Assembly (NCBI RefSeq): GCF_018350175.1
Contig: NC_058382.1
Span: 50,718,001 to 50,782,000, forward strand
Direction: 5' to 3'
Source of the DNA: Felis catus
Taxonomy: Eukaryota
Length of the DNA: 64,000 nt
The position numbers and the translations under genes were made by a program. This document shows, piece by piece, positions 50,560 through 63,914 of the stretch (the first letter of the stretch is position 1; each line of letters begins with the position of its first letter). The notes beneath the pieces are model-generated. The model ran no database searches and was not told where the DNA came from. It saw only the letters and a program-made list of their open reading frames with translations.

Positions 50560-50777
50560 TTTTAAAAATTTTTTAATGTTTATTATTTATTTTTGAGAGA
50601 GAGAGAGATGGAGCATGAGTGGGGAAAGGGCCATGAGTGGGAGACACAGAACCCGAATCAGGCTCCAGGTTCTGAGCTGTCAGCACAGACCCTGATGCAG
50701 GGCTCGAACTCAAAAATTGTGAGACTGTGACCTGAGCTGAAATCAGACGCTTAACCAACTGAGACACCCAGATGCCC
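50560..50777 (-). mobile_element. CanSINE
   Basis: Antisense canonical body. Confidence 0.9.
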
Positions 50778-51886
50778 GCCACCTTAGTCTTAATGGTTAT
50801 TAAGACCATGTGAAGCTACACTAGATGGTGACTGGTGAACACATGAACACAAATTGTACTTGACTAGCTTCTGAAATAAAAATAGAAGAGCAAACATGAA
50901 CTAAATCGATATTACATACTAGTCTCCTTTGGCCCATTGCCTTTTGGTGCAAAGTTTTTTGTTTTTGTTTTTTTGAAATCATATCTACAATGCATCTGAA
51001 GCAACTGGTAGACCTACCTAGATGAATTCCCAATCGTCTACTATCAGTATCTGCAAATCATCTGCTTTGCCTTTTGGCTTGAAAGGGCTGTTAAAAAGAG
51101 AATTAATGGAGATCAATACGCCTGCTCCAACCATTAATGCTAACTAAAGCATTAATCTCCTCTTGCACTCCTGGAATTTTATATTGTTTAATATTTTCTA
51201 CAGAGGAGGGCTTGGGAATTGCAAAGATTCTCATTTAGTATTTCAGTTGAGACCAGGCTGAAGGCAGACATGGAAGACAATTTAATAATGGGAGAGACAT
51301 CGTCCTCCATGTACACATGGCACCCATCCCAATTATGCATTTTAATAAAGGTGATGCAACCAGCGAAAACCTTCTCTCATCAAGTTTTCCAAATTAGAGT
51401 TTAACCTTTATCTGGTATTATCTATCATGGCATGTTGATAGTTTCACCTTAAAGTCCTCTTGGGTGTCCCATCCACCCCCCATGGGGATTATGATACACT
51501 GGGTCCCAAGGGCAATCATTCTAAATATTTTAGTTATTTCCCAGAGGCCACTCCACCCACATAATTTCTAGTTCCTTCAATTGCTCTCCTGAGAGTTGGG
51601 TGAGCAAATCCCAAACCCTCAGTTTCCTTTAAAAATGTTACCGTTTTAACTAGGGAATAAATTCTGTCCTTCTTTATGTATTTTCCATTCCAAATCATGG
51701 ATTTATATAATTGGATTTATGCTTATCCATATTAGGTGATATGCAGTGAATGTGAAGGTGCTGTGAAGGTTTGTGGGTGTCACAGGCAGAGCTAAAGTTG
51801 GTTTTGCATCTTTCAGGCCACAAGATTTTGCCACCAACACCCTACTGAGGATCTTTGCCATTGCTTCCTTTATCATCCTGCCTTTT

Positions 51887-52098
51887 TTAAAAAATTTTTT
51901 AAAAATCTTTATTTATTTTTGAGAGAGAGAGAGAGTGTGAGCAGGGGAGGAATGGAGAAGGAGACACAGAATCCGAAATAGGCTCCAGGCTCCAAGCTGT
52001 CAGCAGAGAGCCCGACATGGGGCTCGAACTCACGAACCATGAGATCATGACCTGAGGTGAAGTCGGACGCCCAACCGACTGAGCCACCCAGGCGCCCC
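51887..52098 (-). mobile_element. CanSINE
   Basis: 16-bp TSD tatcatcctgcctttt (51871 / 52100). Confidence 0.93.
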
Positions 52099-52384
52099 AT
52101 ATCATCCTGCCTTTTCAACAGAAATAAGCAACTCCATCCAGCATACTACACCCATTATTACTTTTTTCTTCTTTCTTTATAATTTTCCCCTTAGTCTAAA
52201 CTTTCTTTTGAGGCACGTGGGCATCTTGACCACCATTGGGTCCCTTGTACAGTACCTGAGCTTTGCTGTCTTTGAGTCTTTTCTTGACCTGTAGATTGCA
52301 ATATTACATGAGGGGCCCAAATGTGGGGAGCGCCTCACACCACAGTATCTATCATGGTTTGGGTCAGCAGTATGAAACAAGATG

Positions 52385-52490
52385 TATCCATTTTCTTGCT
52401 TGTGGTGATGGTTTCCCAAGTGTATATGTGGGCCAAAAGTCTGAATGTGCGTGGTTTGCTGTGTGCCAATTATATCTCAAAGCTGTTACG
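52385..52490 (+). mobile_element. L1M 3' tail fragment
   Basis: ttgtggtgatggtttcccaagtgtatatgt...tgtgtgccaattatatctcaaagctgtt. Confidence 0.55.
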
Positions 52491-53334
52491 GAGATGAGTT
52501 GCTCCAATGGTCATTTAACTCCTCTAAAGTTGCATTTACCTTTATCATTCCTACTGCTTCTGAAAGATGGTTTCATTTTGCCCAGCGCCAGCCTGATGCA
52601 TAGTTATCGATGGGTATGAGACCAGAGCTATAACATGTATAGTCTCTGGGAGGCTCCAAACCTGCAGATACAGTTTCCCGAGTGTCTCTTCCCACGCCAG
52701 GCATATCTTGGCTTTGGAACTTGTCAAGAATATATGACAAGCTAGCCAGGGAAGCTGATGAGTTCCAGAGTCTCACTAGGCACCTGGCCTTGTTCTGGCT
52801 CTGTGTGTAGCCTCCATGCTTCAGCAGGGCTTCAGCCTGTGATTTGCAAGATAATTCAACACAAACAATTTAGATGGACCAGGATGTAATGTTAAAATCA
52901 TTTCTAAATTAGTAATCAGCACATAGCAAACCCTTTCAGGACCCTCATTTATCTTTTAGCTAGCATATTCGATCCGTCGATATTTGCAAAGAATTCTGGT
53001 CAGGGTCAAACTTCTTCAGGGATCCCCGAGGAGGGAGGAATAAATTACAGGCCCATGGTTACCCTTTCACATAATAGCTAAAAGGCCATTATGTGGAAAG
53101 ATTCTCCCTGAAATCTAATTCTTGCCTCAGCCAGGTCAATTTAGGAAGACTGGCCTGCCAGCAGCTAGCTCTCAAATGCTGCCCAAACAGAAAAAAGCTT
53201 GTGGTTTTGAGTAAGGTCCAGACTGTGCTTGCTGCCTCTATAGAAACAGATGTTATTCTGTGTGAGAACCACAATTTGCCCATGGACATAACCTAATGGT
53301 AGACAGGGAAATCTTCAACATTTATCTTTCTATG

Positions 53335-53880
53335 TTGATGCTGGAATAGGTAGCTTCGAAGGTGACCCCTGATGGTCCCTGCTTCTGAGTACAAGTCTTT
53401 GTAGTCCCCTCCCTCTGTGTGTGGGCTGGCCTAGAAATTTGTTTCTAGCCAAAAGAATATAGCAAAGGTGAGGGGGTTATCCCTTCTGTGATTAAGTTAC
53501 ATAATAATGTTAACTTTCATCTTATTAGTAATGCTTGCTTACTCTGGAAGTAAGTTGCCATGTTGGGGAGGCCCACAGGCCAAGGGCAACTTCTAGCTCG
53601 CAGCCATCTAGGAACTGAGACCTTCAACCCAACAGCCCAAGGGAAACAATCCCGCCAATGACCAAAAAAAATGAGCTCAGAGGCCAATTCTTTCGCAGTC
53701 AAGACTTCAGATGAGACCACAACCCTGGCTGACAATGGGGTTGCCAAGTTTGGGAGAAAGCCTTAAAGCAGAGGACCCAGTTGAGCTGTGCTCAAATTCC
53801 TGAGTTATAAGAGAATAAATGTGTGTTTGTTTGGCCATTAAAACCACAGCAGGTGGTTATGGAGCAATAAATAATGAACA
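53335..53880 (+). mobile_element. MLT1 (MaLR) solo LTR
   Basis: gttgccatgttggggaggcccac; cttcagatgagaccacaaccctggctgaca; aataaatgtgtgtttg...gcaataaataatgaaca 3' end. Confidence 0.82.
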
Positions 53881-54120
53881 GAGGCACAGTCTTAAAAGTA
53901 TAAAGGTATAGTGCATGCTTTCTGACTTTTTCCTTCTGCTCATTGTATGGTTACTTTCCATTCAGCTTTGAAGATGAGCTCATTCACTGAGCAGATCATG
54001 ACTTGAGGTAAATAGTATGAAAAATAAAACTGCTTCATAGGTCAAGAAGAAAAGGGAACTGCCTCACAGGTCAAGAAGGAAATAGTTAAGAGAGATTGTG
54101 CAAGAACACAAAGAGTGAAA

Positions 54121-54302
54121 GGGCACCTAGGTGGCTCAGTCAGTTAAGCGTCCGACTCTTGGTTTCAGCTCAGGTCATGATCTCTCAGTTCTTGAGACTG
54201 AGCCCTGCATTGGGCTCCATGCTGGCAGTGTGAAGCCTGCTTGGGATTCTTTCTCTTTCCCCATCACTCCCATCCCCAAAATAAACAAACTTAAAAAAAA
54301 AA
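54121..54302 (+). mobile_element. CanSINE
   Basis: Canonical head; TSD aagaacacaaag. Confidence 0.9.
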
Positions 54303-56173
54303 AAGAACACAAAGGGTAGAGACTATTACTGAAGTTGGTCCCAAATAATTAAGCCATCAAATATGATCTGGCTTTGCCATTAATCCTTCCAAATCTTTGG
54401 TAGGGTCCAAAGTGTAGCAGGATCTTCCCAGGAATGGCTTTAGGCTGGGAGTCTGGAGAGAGGACCTACTATAACAAAAACAAGGAATGGCATTTCACAG
54501 TGGTGTAACGTATGTGAAAAAACCAAGAGGGAAGGAAGGAACAGTCTTGGGTATAAGTACAGTTTAAACCGAATCCTAATGGGAACTTGTGCCCATTGAA
54601 ATAACGTAAGGTTTGTAATTAAAAGCACAGATTCCATTGGCTTGGCAACTGAAAAATACCAGATGTTGCATTGTGAGCAGTAGGTGATCAATTTAGGCCA
54701 GAAAAATGTCCGTTTGTTTCCGGAAGTGAGCAAAACAATATCCGTAAAGTGAATTTAAAAAATGTATGTCCAAGAGACAAAGATATCTGGGAAAAACATA
54801 ACTATATTTTGGCATACTGTATACTTCTACATTTAATTTTTTATCAGTTTTATAAGGGCTAACACAATGGTAGTCTCTTAGAAAATGCATAAATCAACAG
54901 AAGCAAAAACATCAATTTTTCAACTTACCATCCTCATTATTAAGTATATAGAGAAAGAGACCATTAAATTCACCTCTCAACAATGGATGTGTCTATATCC
55001 AAACTTTCATGAAGTTCCTTGAACTTTTAAAATTTAAAGATATTAAAATTGGCCCTGACTATAACTTTAAATATGAATATTTTTCTTGGTATTCCTTTGT
55101 AAAATTTTGGGGAGAATGTCAAGTTAGCATGGGAATCCTATCTCCCCTCTTATCTTCCTGCATCCTGATGAGTATTAGCAAAATAAGTTCAGAATATGGT
55201 AAGAATATAGGTAAACTGACATCAAAGCTAAATAGGAAGTACAATAACAATTTTGAGGGTTTTCTGCTAGATGTAATAGAGCTAGGGTCATTTTAAAGAA
55301 TATAAGGGTAACCTAGCAACTCTCTCTTTTCTGACGAAGCCATGTCATGTCATTTCTGTTGGATGTAAGTAGAGTGTTCTCTAAGATGTTTTAACGAGCA
55401 AAAAAAATTCATAGCCTAGGGGTTAGGGAAGACTGAGCCAAATAATAAATATGCCATTTGCTAATCGATCATTGAATATAAAAGTCTTTGGAACCCCTGA
55501 AAAAGTCCCAGGAAAATAGTAGATCCTCAAGAAATATGTCGGATCACTGATGGCACATCTGTCTAATTGGGATCAAATAGCCATGGCAGAAACAGCAGGA
55601 CGCCTCCCTGCCATTGTGCTGTTCACTGGTGAGGCTGCGGGAGGTGGCCAAGTAGACAAATCATTGTTAAGAACTGTCATTGCACTAGGAACTTCTCATT
55701 CACAGAACTTGATGGAAGTCAAATTTCACCATCGTTTGTGGGATTACCTGTGCATTGTTTATCAGACTGTGCTTTGTGTTTAACATGGGATCTGTTTCAT
55801 GGCTAGAGCTTGAAACTGACTAACTGAACCCCATCCAGCAAAGGCACTCATTCAGTTTCCTAGACAGAACTTGCTTAATGCTTGCGTTAGTCTATGACTA
55901 AGTGAACTTAATCTTAGAAAAGAAAAAAAAAAAAAAGAAAATTTAACAAATCAAAATTCTTTCTTAAGGCTGACATCCTCTGATAGTAAGTTGACCTTTT
56001 GGACTCATTAAAATAACCTTCATATTTTTAAATGACAGTGGGAGGCAGAGTAAGAGGGGTGTGTGTGTGCACGCACCCATGTTGGCATGCTTAGCTTCTC
56101 TGGCTTTGATTTGCAATAAAAGGTAGTGGGAGTATGTGGATATTATGCTTATATGCACATGAGCATGCATGTA

Positions 56174-56175
<2 letters not shown>

Positions 56176-56206
<31 letters not shown>
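56176..56206. repeat. (TG)n microsatellite
   Basis: Directly visible. Confidence 0.92.
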
Positions 56207-56209
<3 letters not shown>

Positions 56210-57228
56210 ACTTTGTAAGGAATTTTTAAAATCCAGAAGTCCAAGAGCTACAGGCCTAGGATAGGATATACTTTTCATACGTTAATCTTGGTTATACTAG
56301 GATATTTATTTTCAGACTTTGTTATTGTTTGGGTCCTTATTCAGAGATTCATGGTCTTTGTATATCTGCTCTAATCTTTTCCCAGGCTATATTTATGACA
56401 GAGTTCTGAGGTTTGAGTCTACGGCAGGGGGTGCGGGTGGGGCGCACGCACACATGTGTGTTGAACACCACGAGGCTCTGCCCACCAGTCCTCCATGGGT
56501 AGAGAGGAGGCTAATTTATACATGGCCCGTGGCTTTATCAACATCTTCTCCTGACAAAGAATGAAATTCCACTGTGGCTAGCTGGTATACTTAGAAAGGG
56601 TAAAATAGAACACCTGCACCCCAGTCATTATCCATGAATACAACTTGGGTCCTTGAAATTTACAAAGATTGTAGTTGAGACCTGAACTGTTTAAATCTGT
56701 CCATTTCTCTGGGTGCTCTAAACTCTATCCTTATAATGATCCAGAGAAGGATTGAACCAAGAACCCAGCCTACTGACACCATCATGGGGCACTTTTCCTC
56801 AACGATAGTTTTCCATCACTGTCATTATAATTTTGAGGGATGTTTTAACATATAAGGTGAAACCTATGTGATTTAGTATAACATGTTGAAAACAATCTGC
56901 ACTTTACACAGGGTCTCTGATGCTAATGGGGAAAGGCTTTCTTAGCAGAAGTGAGGATAATTGTGTTTTCTTCGAGCACTGACTTTAATAGCATTTTTAG
57001 GACGTAGCCAAGCAGTTGGGTAAATGTGCTCCCCTCACTAGACTGATTGATGGAGAAAAGGAAGTCAATTCAACTGTCCCTTCTAGCAACTTTATGCGAA
57101 CCAGATTTCATCTTGTATTCTGTATCTTTGTTTTACCTTTACGTGAGTTTCCCCATTTAAGTGTTTTATTATTTTGATTTCATTATAGTCTCTATATTTT
57201 GAAAGTTGCCATAAACCTATTTTTTGAA

Positions 57229-57465
57229 ATTTTTATAGTTTTATTTATTTTTGAGAGTGAGAAAGGCAGAGAGAGAGACAGAGAGAGAGCGAGAATGAGA
57301 GCGAGCAGGGGAGGGGAAGAGAGAGAGGGAGACAGAGAATCCGAAGCAGGCTCTAGGCTCTGAGCTGTCAGCACAGACTCCGACAGAGGGCTTGAACCCA
57401 CGAACCATGAGATCATGACCTGAGCCCAAGTCCAACACTTAACTGACTGAACCACCCAGGCACCC
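57229..57465 (-). mobile_element. CanSINE
   Basis: 22-bp TSD tgccataaacctattttttgaa (57207 / 57466). Confidence 0.93.
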
Positions 57466-58630
57466 TGCCATAAACCTATTTTTTGAAGAAACTAGGATAA
57501 CTAAGTTTTAAAACATCAGAAAAAAGTATATGAGAAAATAAATTGTGTCCAATGCTTTTTAAAAGATGTACATTTAGAACAGAACTATGGATTTAGTTTT
57601 AGAAACATATATTATATGTTAAATATAAATAAATACGCACATTTAAAATATATCCCTATATTTAAGATCTGTATTTTCCAGCATTGGGCACAACTGTTAA
57701 AATAGTTATGAGGTGGTCATAGAGACAAAATTATAAAGAGTTAGGAATATGAAGAGGTTGCTATTTTAAATAAAGTCAAACAAAGCATCATTTCATTAGA
57801 AGAACAGGTAAACTTTGAGACAGAGAAAAACAAATACGGTATTTACACGTCTCCCTTCTCCTGTGCTTTTCTGTTAACTCTGAATACACCAAGGATAAAT
57901 ATTATTGAAGATAATTACTTGCCTTGGGAAATATCATGGGTGTTTTTCCCCCTCAAACACAAACAATAGCCTGTTCTATTCCATCACACAATTTCTAAAA
58001 TCAATCCTGTGAGGAGACAGCACAGTCTTCAGCAATGTTTAGGATGTAGGACACTGACTTAAATTAAGCCTCATGACGCCTGAAACAATGACTCCTGGGA
58101 GTGAAAAACTTAGAAGGTCAATAATCCTCTACATACTCACAAAATAGAGAACTTGCTCCTAAAAAGAGGACTCATCTCCTCAACAACCAGGAAAAACTAG
58201 AGCAGATTTTTAAAATAAATATTTTCTTGTACTTAGGGTTGTTTCTGTGACAACTCCCATTACGCTTCAGAGGGAGACAGTCCTGAAATGCAAAATGTTT
58301 TAAGTAGAACCGCTACATTGTCTTTTGGAAAAAAAACCCGACACAAACCAAACCCTTGGAAGTACGATAATGCAAAGGTAAATTATTTTTTTCCCCATGA
58401 TGCTGCGTAATTACCTTTTCACTTTTGAAGAGAGGTCATATATATACATGGATTGACCTATGGTTTGCCTTTTCTCAAGTGGGGGACATCGGCAGTCAAG
58501 TGGCTGGAGTTATTGGCATGATCTGTAGTTTGAGACTTTGTATAGCGTTAGGGATAACGAATATAGTAATATGCTCTACGTATACATACATACGTATATA
58601 TGCATTTCTTCAGAGTGTACGAAATTGTAC

Positions 58631-58846
58631 TTTTTATTTATTTTATTTTTTTGTACTTTTAATTTTTTATGTTTATTTTTTAGAGAGATTGACAGAGTGC
58701 GAGCATGGGAGGGGGAAAGATAGATGGAGACAGAGAATCTGAAGCAGGCTCCAGGCTCTGAGCTGTCAGCATGCATTCACTAACCTGTGAGATCATGACC
58801 TGAGCCCGAGTCCGATGCTTAACCGACTGAGCCACCCAGGCGCCCC
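58631..58846 (-). mobile_element. CanSINE with internal deletion
   Basis: TSD cagagtgta(c/t)gaaattgta. Confidence 0.9.
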
Positions 58847-59699
58847 CAGAGTGTATGAAATTGTAAAAACACTTGGAAAATCAACACTGCAAAATTCTTG
58901 ATACTTTAGATATTTGTTTCTTCCTACCCTAAAATACAGATTTCTTCCAGTAATTAAAGAGTGCAAATCATTAGTAAGTTCAATTACATTTGAGTCAAGA
59001 ATTTCTCTTTATCACAGGTAATACTAGAATTGTATTTTCAAAAACTGGGCAAAATCTAGTGTTTGTATGGGTGGGAGACAACAGAAGCTCTTGTCCACTG
59101 CTTAGGGGAGTGTTTTATTCACACAACCATTTTGGAAAAGAGTTTGAGACTGAGATGAGAGACAGTCGTTCAGATTATATTTGGCGAAATATAGCTGAAA
59201 GATCAAGAAATACGATTTTTCAGTTCATTAATTAGTTTTTGCAAAATAGCTTTAATTGTACAAACACATAGACTGATGAGATCATCTGGGTTGTCCTTCC
59301 TTCATGCCAGGATTCACGGCAAAGTGTCCTATAGCTTCGACATTTGGGATAGTATGCTCGTCTTTGGGATACAAAGCTTTAGATAAAAGAGGGAAGGATT
59401 AGAGAAATAGAGCTAAATATCAACCATTCTCAGTAAAGAACAGTCTTTTATAATGTAGAAAAGAGATCCTTGACTGACAGCAAAAAGAAGTTAAGCAAAA
59501 AAGAAACGTATTTTGAGCTCAGAATTTCCCAATATCAGAAGTCCAAGCTGCAAGACTGAGATGTTTAAAAGCTAAATTGTGTGGCTAACCTTTTAATGTA
59601 ATCCCTGAATTTCATGAGAAAAAGAAAGCTTGTGAGAGCAAAAAGACGTGAAATTGAAATTATGATTTAAAATAAAACAAGAATGACTTCTTTCCCGAC

Positions 59700-61090
59700 G
59701 TTTCTTTGACAAATGGTGCTAGGAAAACTGGATATCCATATGGAAAATAATGAAATATTTGAGCCTTCTTTTATACCATATAGGAAAATCAGCTTAAAAC
59801 AGATTAAAGATTCAAACAAAGACCTGAAACTATGAGACTCCTACAAGAAAACAGGGGAAAAGCTACATGCCCTTGGTGTTGGCAATGGTTTCTTGGACAG
59901 GACACCAAAAACACAAGCAACTAAAGGACCAATAAACTAGTGGGACTACATCAAACCAGAAAGCTTCTGCACAGCAATCATCCATGAAAAAACAATCCAC
60001 GGAACAGGAGAAAATACTGGCCAATACTATATCCGACAGGGGGTAAGCTCTAAAACATACAAAGCACTTGTACTAGTCAATAGCAAAATAAATAAATAAT
60101 CCTAAATAACCCAATTAAAAAATGGACCAAAGATTTGAATAGATGTCTCTCCAAAGCACAGATACAGATGGCCAACAGACACCTGGAAAAGATGCTCAAC
60201 CTTGCTCGTCGTCAGGAAAATCCAAATCAAAACCACAATGTGATAACGCCTCACTCCAGTTGGATGGCTATTAACAAAAAAGAAAATAAATGTTGGTGAG
60301 GATGTGGAGAAAAGGGAACCCTTGTGCATTACTGATAGGAATGAAAAATGGTCCTGCCATTGTGGAATGCAGACAGTATGGAAGTTCCTCAAAAATTAAA
60401 AATAGATCTCAAAACAATTAAAATTAGATCTTGGGGCACCTTGGTAACTCAGTCAGTTGAGTGTCCGACTCTTGGTTTCGGCTCAGGCCATGATCTCATG
60501 GTTCTTGAGTTCTAGCCCCTCACTGGACTCCATGCTGATGGTGTGGATCCTGACTGGGATTTTCTCTCTCTCTCTCTCTCTCTGCCCCTTCCCACATTCT
60601 CTCTCTCTCTCTCTCTCTCTCTCAAAATAAATAAACATTAAAAAAATTAGGTCTTGAAGAAATACTTCCACACCCATGTTAAGTATAGCATTATTCACAG
60701 TATCCAAGATATACACCCTAAGTACCCATCAGCCGATGAATGGATAAAGAAAATGTGGTGAATACATACAATGGAATAATATTCAGCCTTAAAAAGGAGG
60801 AAGTCCTGCCATAAGCAACAATATGAATGAACCCGGAAAACATGATGCTAAGTGAAATAGGCCAGACACAGAAGGACAAATACTGTAATATTATAGGAGG
60901 CATCTGAAATAGTCAAGTGCATAAAAACCCTAGAATGGTGGTTGCCAGGAGCCGGGGGTGGGGGTGGGGGGAAGAAATGGGGAAGTTGCTCTTCAAAAGG
61001 CATAAAATTTCAGTCCTAGGAGTAAGTCCTAGAGATCTGCTGTACAACATCATGCCTATAGTTAACAATACTGAACTGTGCACTTAATAA
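59700..61090 (+). mobile_element. L1 (L1MA/MB-like) ORF2 3' end and 3'UTR, degraded
   Basis: caaatggtgctaggaaaactggatatcc; tgggactacatcaaac; tgttggtgaggatgtggagaaaagggaaccc; ctagagatctgctgtacaacat. Confidence 0.9.
60433..60645 (+). mobile_element. CanSINE inside L1
   Basis: Canonical body; TSD-like aaattag.tctt. Confidence 0.9.
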
Positions 61091-61427
61091 AGAAAACATT
61101 TCTAGTGACGAATTATAAAATAGTTTCTATACAAACGAAAATTCTGACATAGATTTTGAGGAAGAACTTGTTGTGTTTGGAATAAATGAGAAATTATGCC
61201 ATATCTCCAAAAGTGAGTTAAAAATGAATTATTGATAATGAGAGTTCATACCACATGCTATTAGCTGGACATATGATAGCTACTCACTTGGAAAACAATG
61301 TGAAAAAGAAAAGGAATATCAGAAGGAAATATCACTCTGACCTATTAATTGCTTTTCAGTGAAATAAACTGATGTTTTATCTCATTTTCAAGAAAGTAAA
61401 GGACAGGGCAGCGGCGGGGTGGGGGCT

Positions 61428-61635
61428 GGGGGTGCCTGGGTGGCTCAGTTGGTTAAGCGTCTGACTTTGGCCCAGGTCATAATCTCATGGTCTGTGAGTT
61501 TGAGCCCTGTGTTGGCCTCTGTGCTGACAGCTCAGAGCCTGGATCCTGCTTCGGATCCTCTGTCTCCCACTCTCAGCCCCTCCCCCACTCACACTCTGTC
61601 TCACTCTCAAAAATGAATAAATGTTTAAAAAATTA
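61428..61635 (+). mobile_element. CanSINE
   Basis: Canonical head and tail. Confidence 0.92.
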
Positions 61636-61744
61636 AAGCTAAGGATACATGGGTGAAATCACATCAAGGAAGAAATTTCTTCAGACATGAACTATTTTTA
61701 GAAGATCATTTAATCAATGTGATTTCTTAGACTTAATTAAAAAA

Positions 61745-61945
61745 AATTTTTAATAGTTATTTTGAGAGAGAGAGTGTGTGAGTGGGGGAGGGGACAGAGA
61801 GAGAGGGAGAAAGAGGATCCTAAGGAGGCTCCATGCTGTCAGCACAGAGCCCAATGTGGAGCTCAAACTCACAAACCATGAGATCATGACCCGAGCCCAG
61901 ATCAAGTGTTGGAAGCTTAACCAACTGAGCCACCCAGGCGCCCCC
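61745..61945 (-). mobile_element. CanSINE
   Basis: Antisense body; TSD-like agactt.att. Confidence 0.92.
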
Positions 61946-62223
61946 TGAGACTTGATTTAATTGGCATTCAGTGATACAGACAATCCCCTGAATAAGCCAG
62001 GTGACTAACCTGCCGGAGGAAGAGTTATTTTAGGAAGGGAGGGTATAACATCCCTTTCTCATGGTGGCACTCATGACTCCGACTTCTGTTGGTGCTGGCT
62101 TGTGCCCGTGCATCCCTGGGGATAAGAGCTTGAAGAACTCCTCCATTCACATACAAGTGCTAGCACATGGAATGATTTGAGTAATCAGCTCTGAGGAGTG
62201 AAGAGATAGGGAAGTTATCTCGG

Positions 62224-62697
62224 GTGGTGGTTAGTCTCCAAAGATAGCTTACCTGCCATTACTTTCCTCCTGTTTCCACATACCGCTTGCTTTGTATAAT
62301 AGATGGCATACAGTTCGCCCCGTGTCCAGCCCTCTCGCATCTGGGCTGTCCTAAATGACTGGCTTGACCACTCGAATGCAACGGAATTGATGTTCTGGGA
62401 TTTGGGAAGCTGGTGACAAGAAGCTGGAAGATTCCTTCTTATTCTGGCTCTGGGGAAAACCAGGCCGTGTAAGGATTCTTGGCCACTCCCCAGATGTTCC
62501 CCTCGTCCTCAGCTGAGATACCGGACACGTGAGCTTCCGGTCCCAACGACCATTTGATGGCAACTGTCTGTGAGGCCCCAAGGGTGAACTGTCTCCTTGA
62601 GCCCGATCAATGCACATGACTATGACAAGTGATAAAGTACTGGGTTAAACCCCCCTATGTGGGGGTGGTAGGTTACGTAGCAGTGTATAACCAAACA
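62224..62697 (+). mobile_element. MLT1 (MaLR) solo LTR
   Basis: tggtggttagtctccaaagatagc start; gactggcttgaccac; ggttacgtagcagtgtataaccaaaca 3' end. Confidence 0.7.
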
Positions 62698-63129
62698 TCT
62701 TGACTTCAAATGAGAATATTTAGCATTTTATTCCATCCGCTCAGCATTTAAAAAAATCTCCCAAAGTATCTTCTTGGCATGTTTCTTGTTGTTGTTCATC
62801 TAATTAGCACCCTGTTAAATGATATGCCAAGAGCGTCTTTACTTCAGGCTACATTTCTTGTGTAGGTGTATGTTTTCGGCACGGCTGTCAACTCAATGAT
62901 GCTGCAAAAGCCTCTAAATTCCTTCAAGACTGCACCACACATTATTTCCTGGCATGCTTTGATTATATCCCCTCTGCTGTCTGTCCCTGAACTATTTATA
63001 GTAAAAATTGATGTACTGAAGGAAGCCAAAAAAAAAAAAAAAAAAAAAAAGAGCCTACAAATAATATCAAAGCAAAATATGAATTTCTCTCTCCTCGTCA
63101 TATTAGCCATTAATAACACAATCTGTTGA

Positions 63130-63830
63130 TTCTCTCCTAAGATCAATTTCCTCAAAATATACTACAGTTTCTCCTGTAAAAGACTGAAATATTGGCTTCA
63201 ATTTGCATTTTTCCCGATTACCAGTGAGGTTGAACATTTTCTGGCTACGTGTTTATTGCTTTTCAGGTGAATTGCTCATACATATTTTGTGCATTACTGA
63301 TTTTTAGGATTTCTTTATACTGGCTGCTTGCATAAGCTATAAAGACACTCCTTGTCTGTGTCTTACATTTTGAATCTGTTTATACTTATTTTATTGTCGC
63401 GGGATTTCCTTTATGATTGTGCTGCTTTAAGAAAATCTTCTTTACTTTAATATCCTAAGGATAATTATCTATATATTTTCTAGACATTTTAGATGAGCTT
63501 TACTCATTGAGGTGGTTAGAATATTTGGGCTGGACTCTGGCATGTAGTATGAACAAGGAATATGTATTTTTCCCTATGGATGTTAACTTTTCCCATTAGC
63601 ATTTAATAAGAGAACCATCATTTCTAGTGACTGGTAATAATGTCTCTTTTACAAACCAGGTCTCCACACACACCTGGGTATGACTCTGAGGTCAGCGTTC
63701 TCTTACTTTTGTCTCTTATCTATTAATACCATGGTCCTTTAAAAGGTTATATTTTAAGACTGTTTATAGTCACCTCACAGCATGTTTTGCTATTACGAAT
63801 GGAAGTCTTTGGTGTTTTATATTTTGATTT
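63130..63830 (-). mobile_element. Old L1 (L1ME-like) fragment
   Basis: aatttgcatttttcccgattaccagtgaggttgaacatttt; cccattagcatttaataagagaaccatc. Confidence 0.65.
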
Positions 63831-63914
63831 TGATTAATGAATAATTATTAATTTTCACATTCATCCATCAAAGGAAATAGTGCATCTCGCCAAAGGTGGT
63901 GATGCCAATGCTGG

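Noticed and set aside
54028..54083. Short tandem duplication aactgc.tca.aggtcaagaag
   Set aside because: Two-copy local duplication with no array or spacer structure.
59000..59023. Recursive-splice-like tttatcacAG|GTaata (similar at about 23296 and 63267)
   Set aside because: Weak donors, and such motifs are frequent in T-rich DNA.
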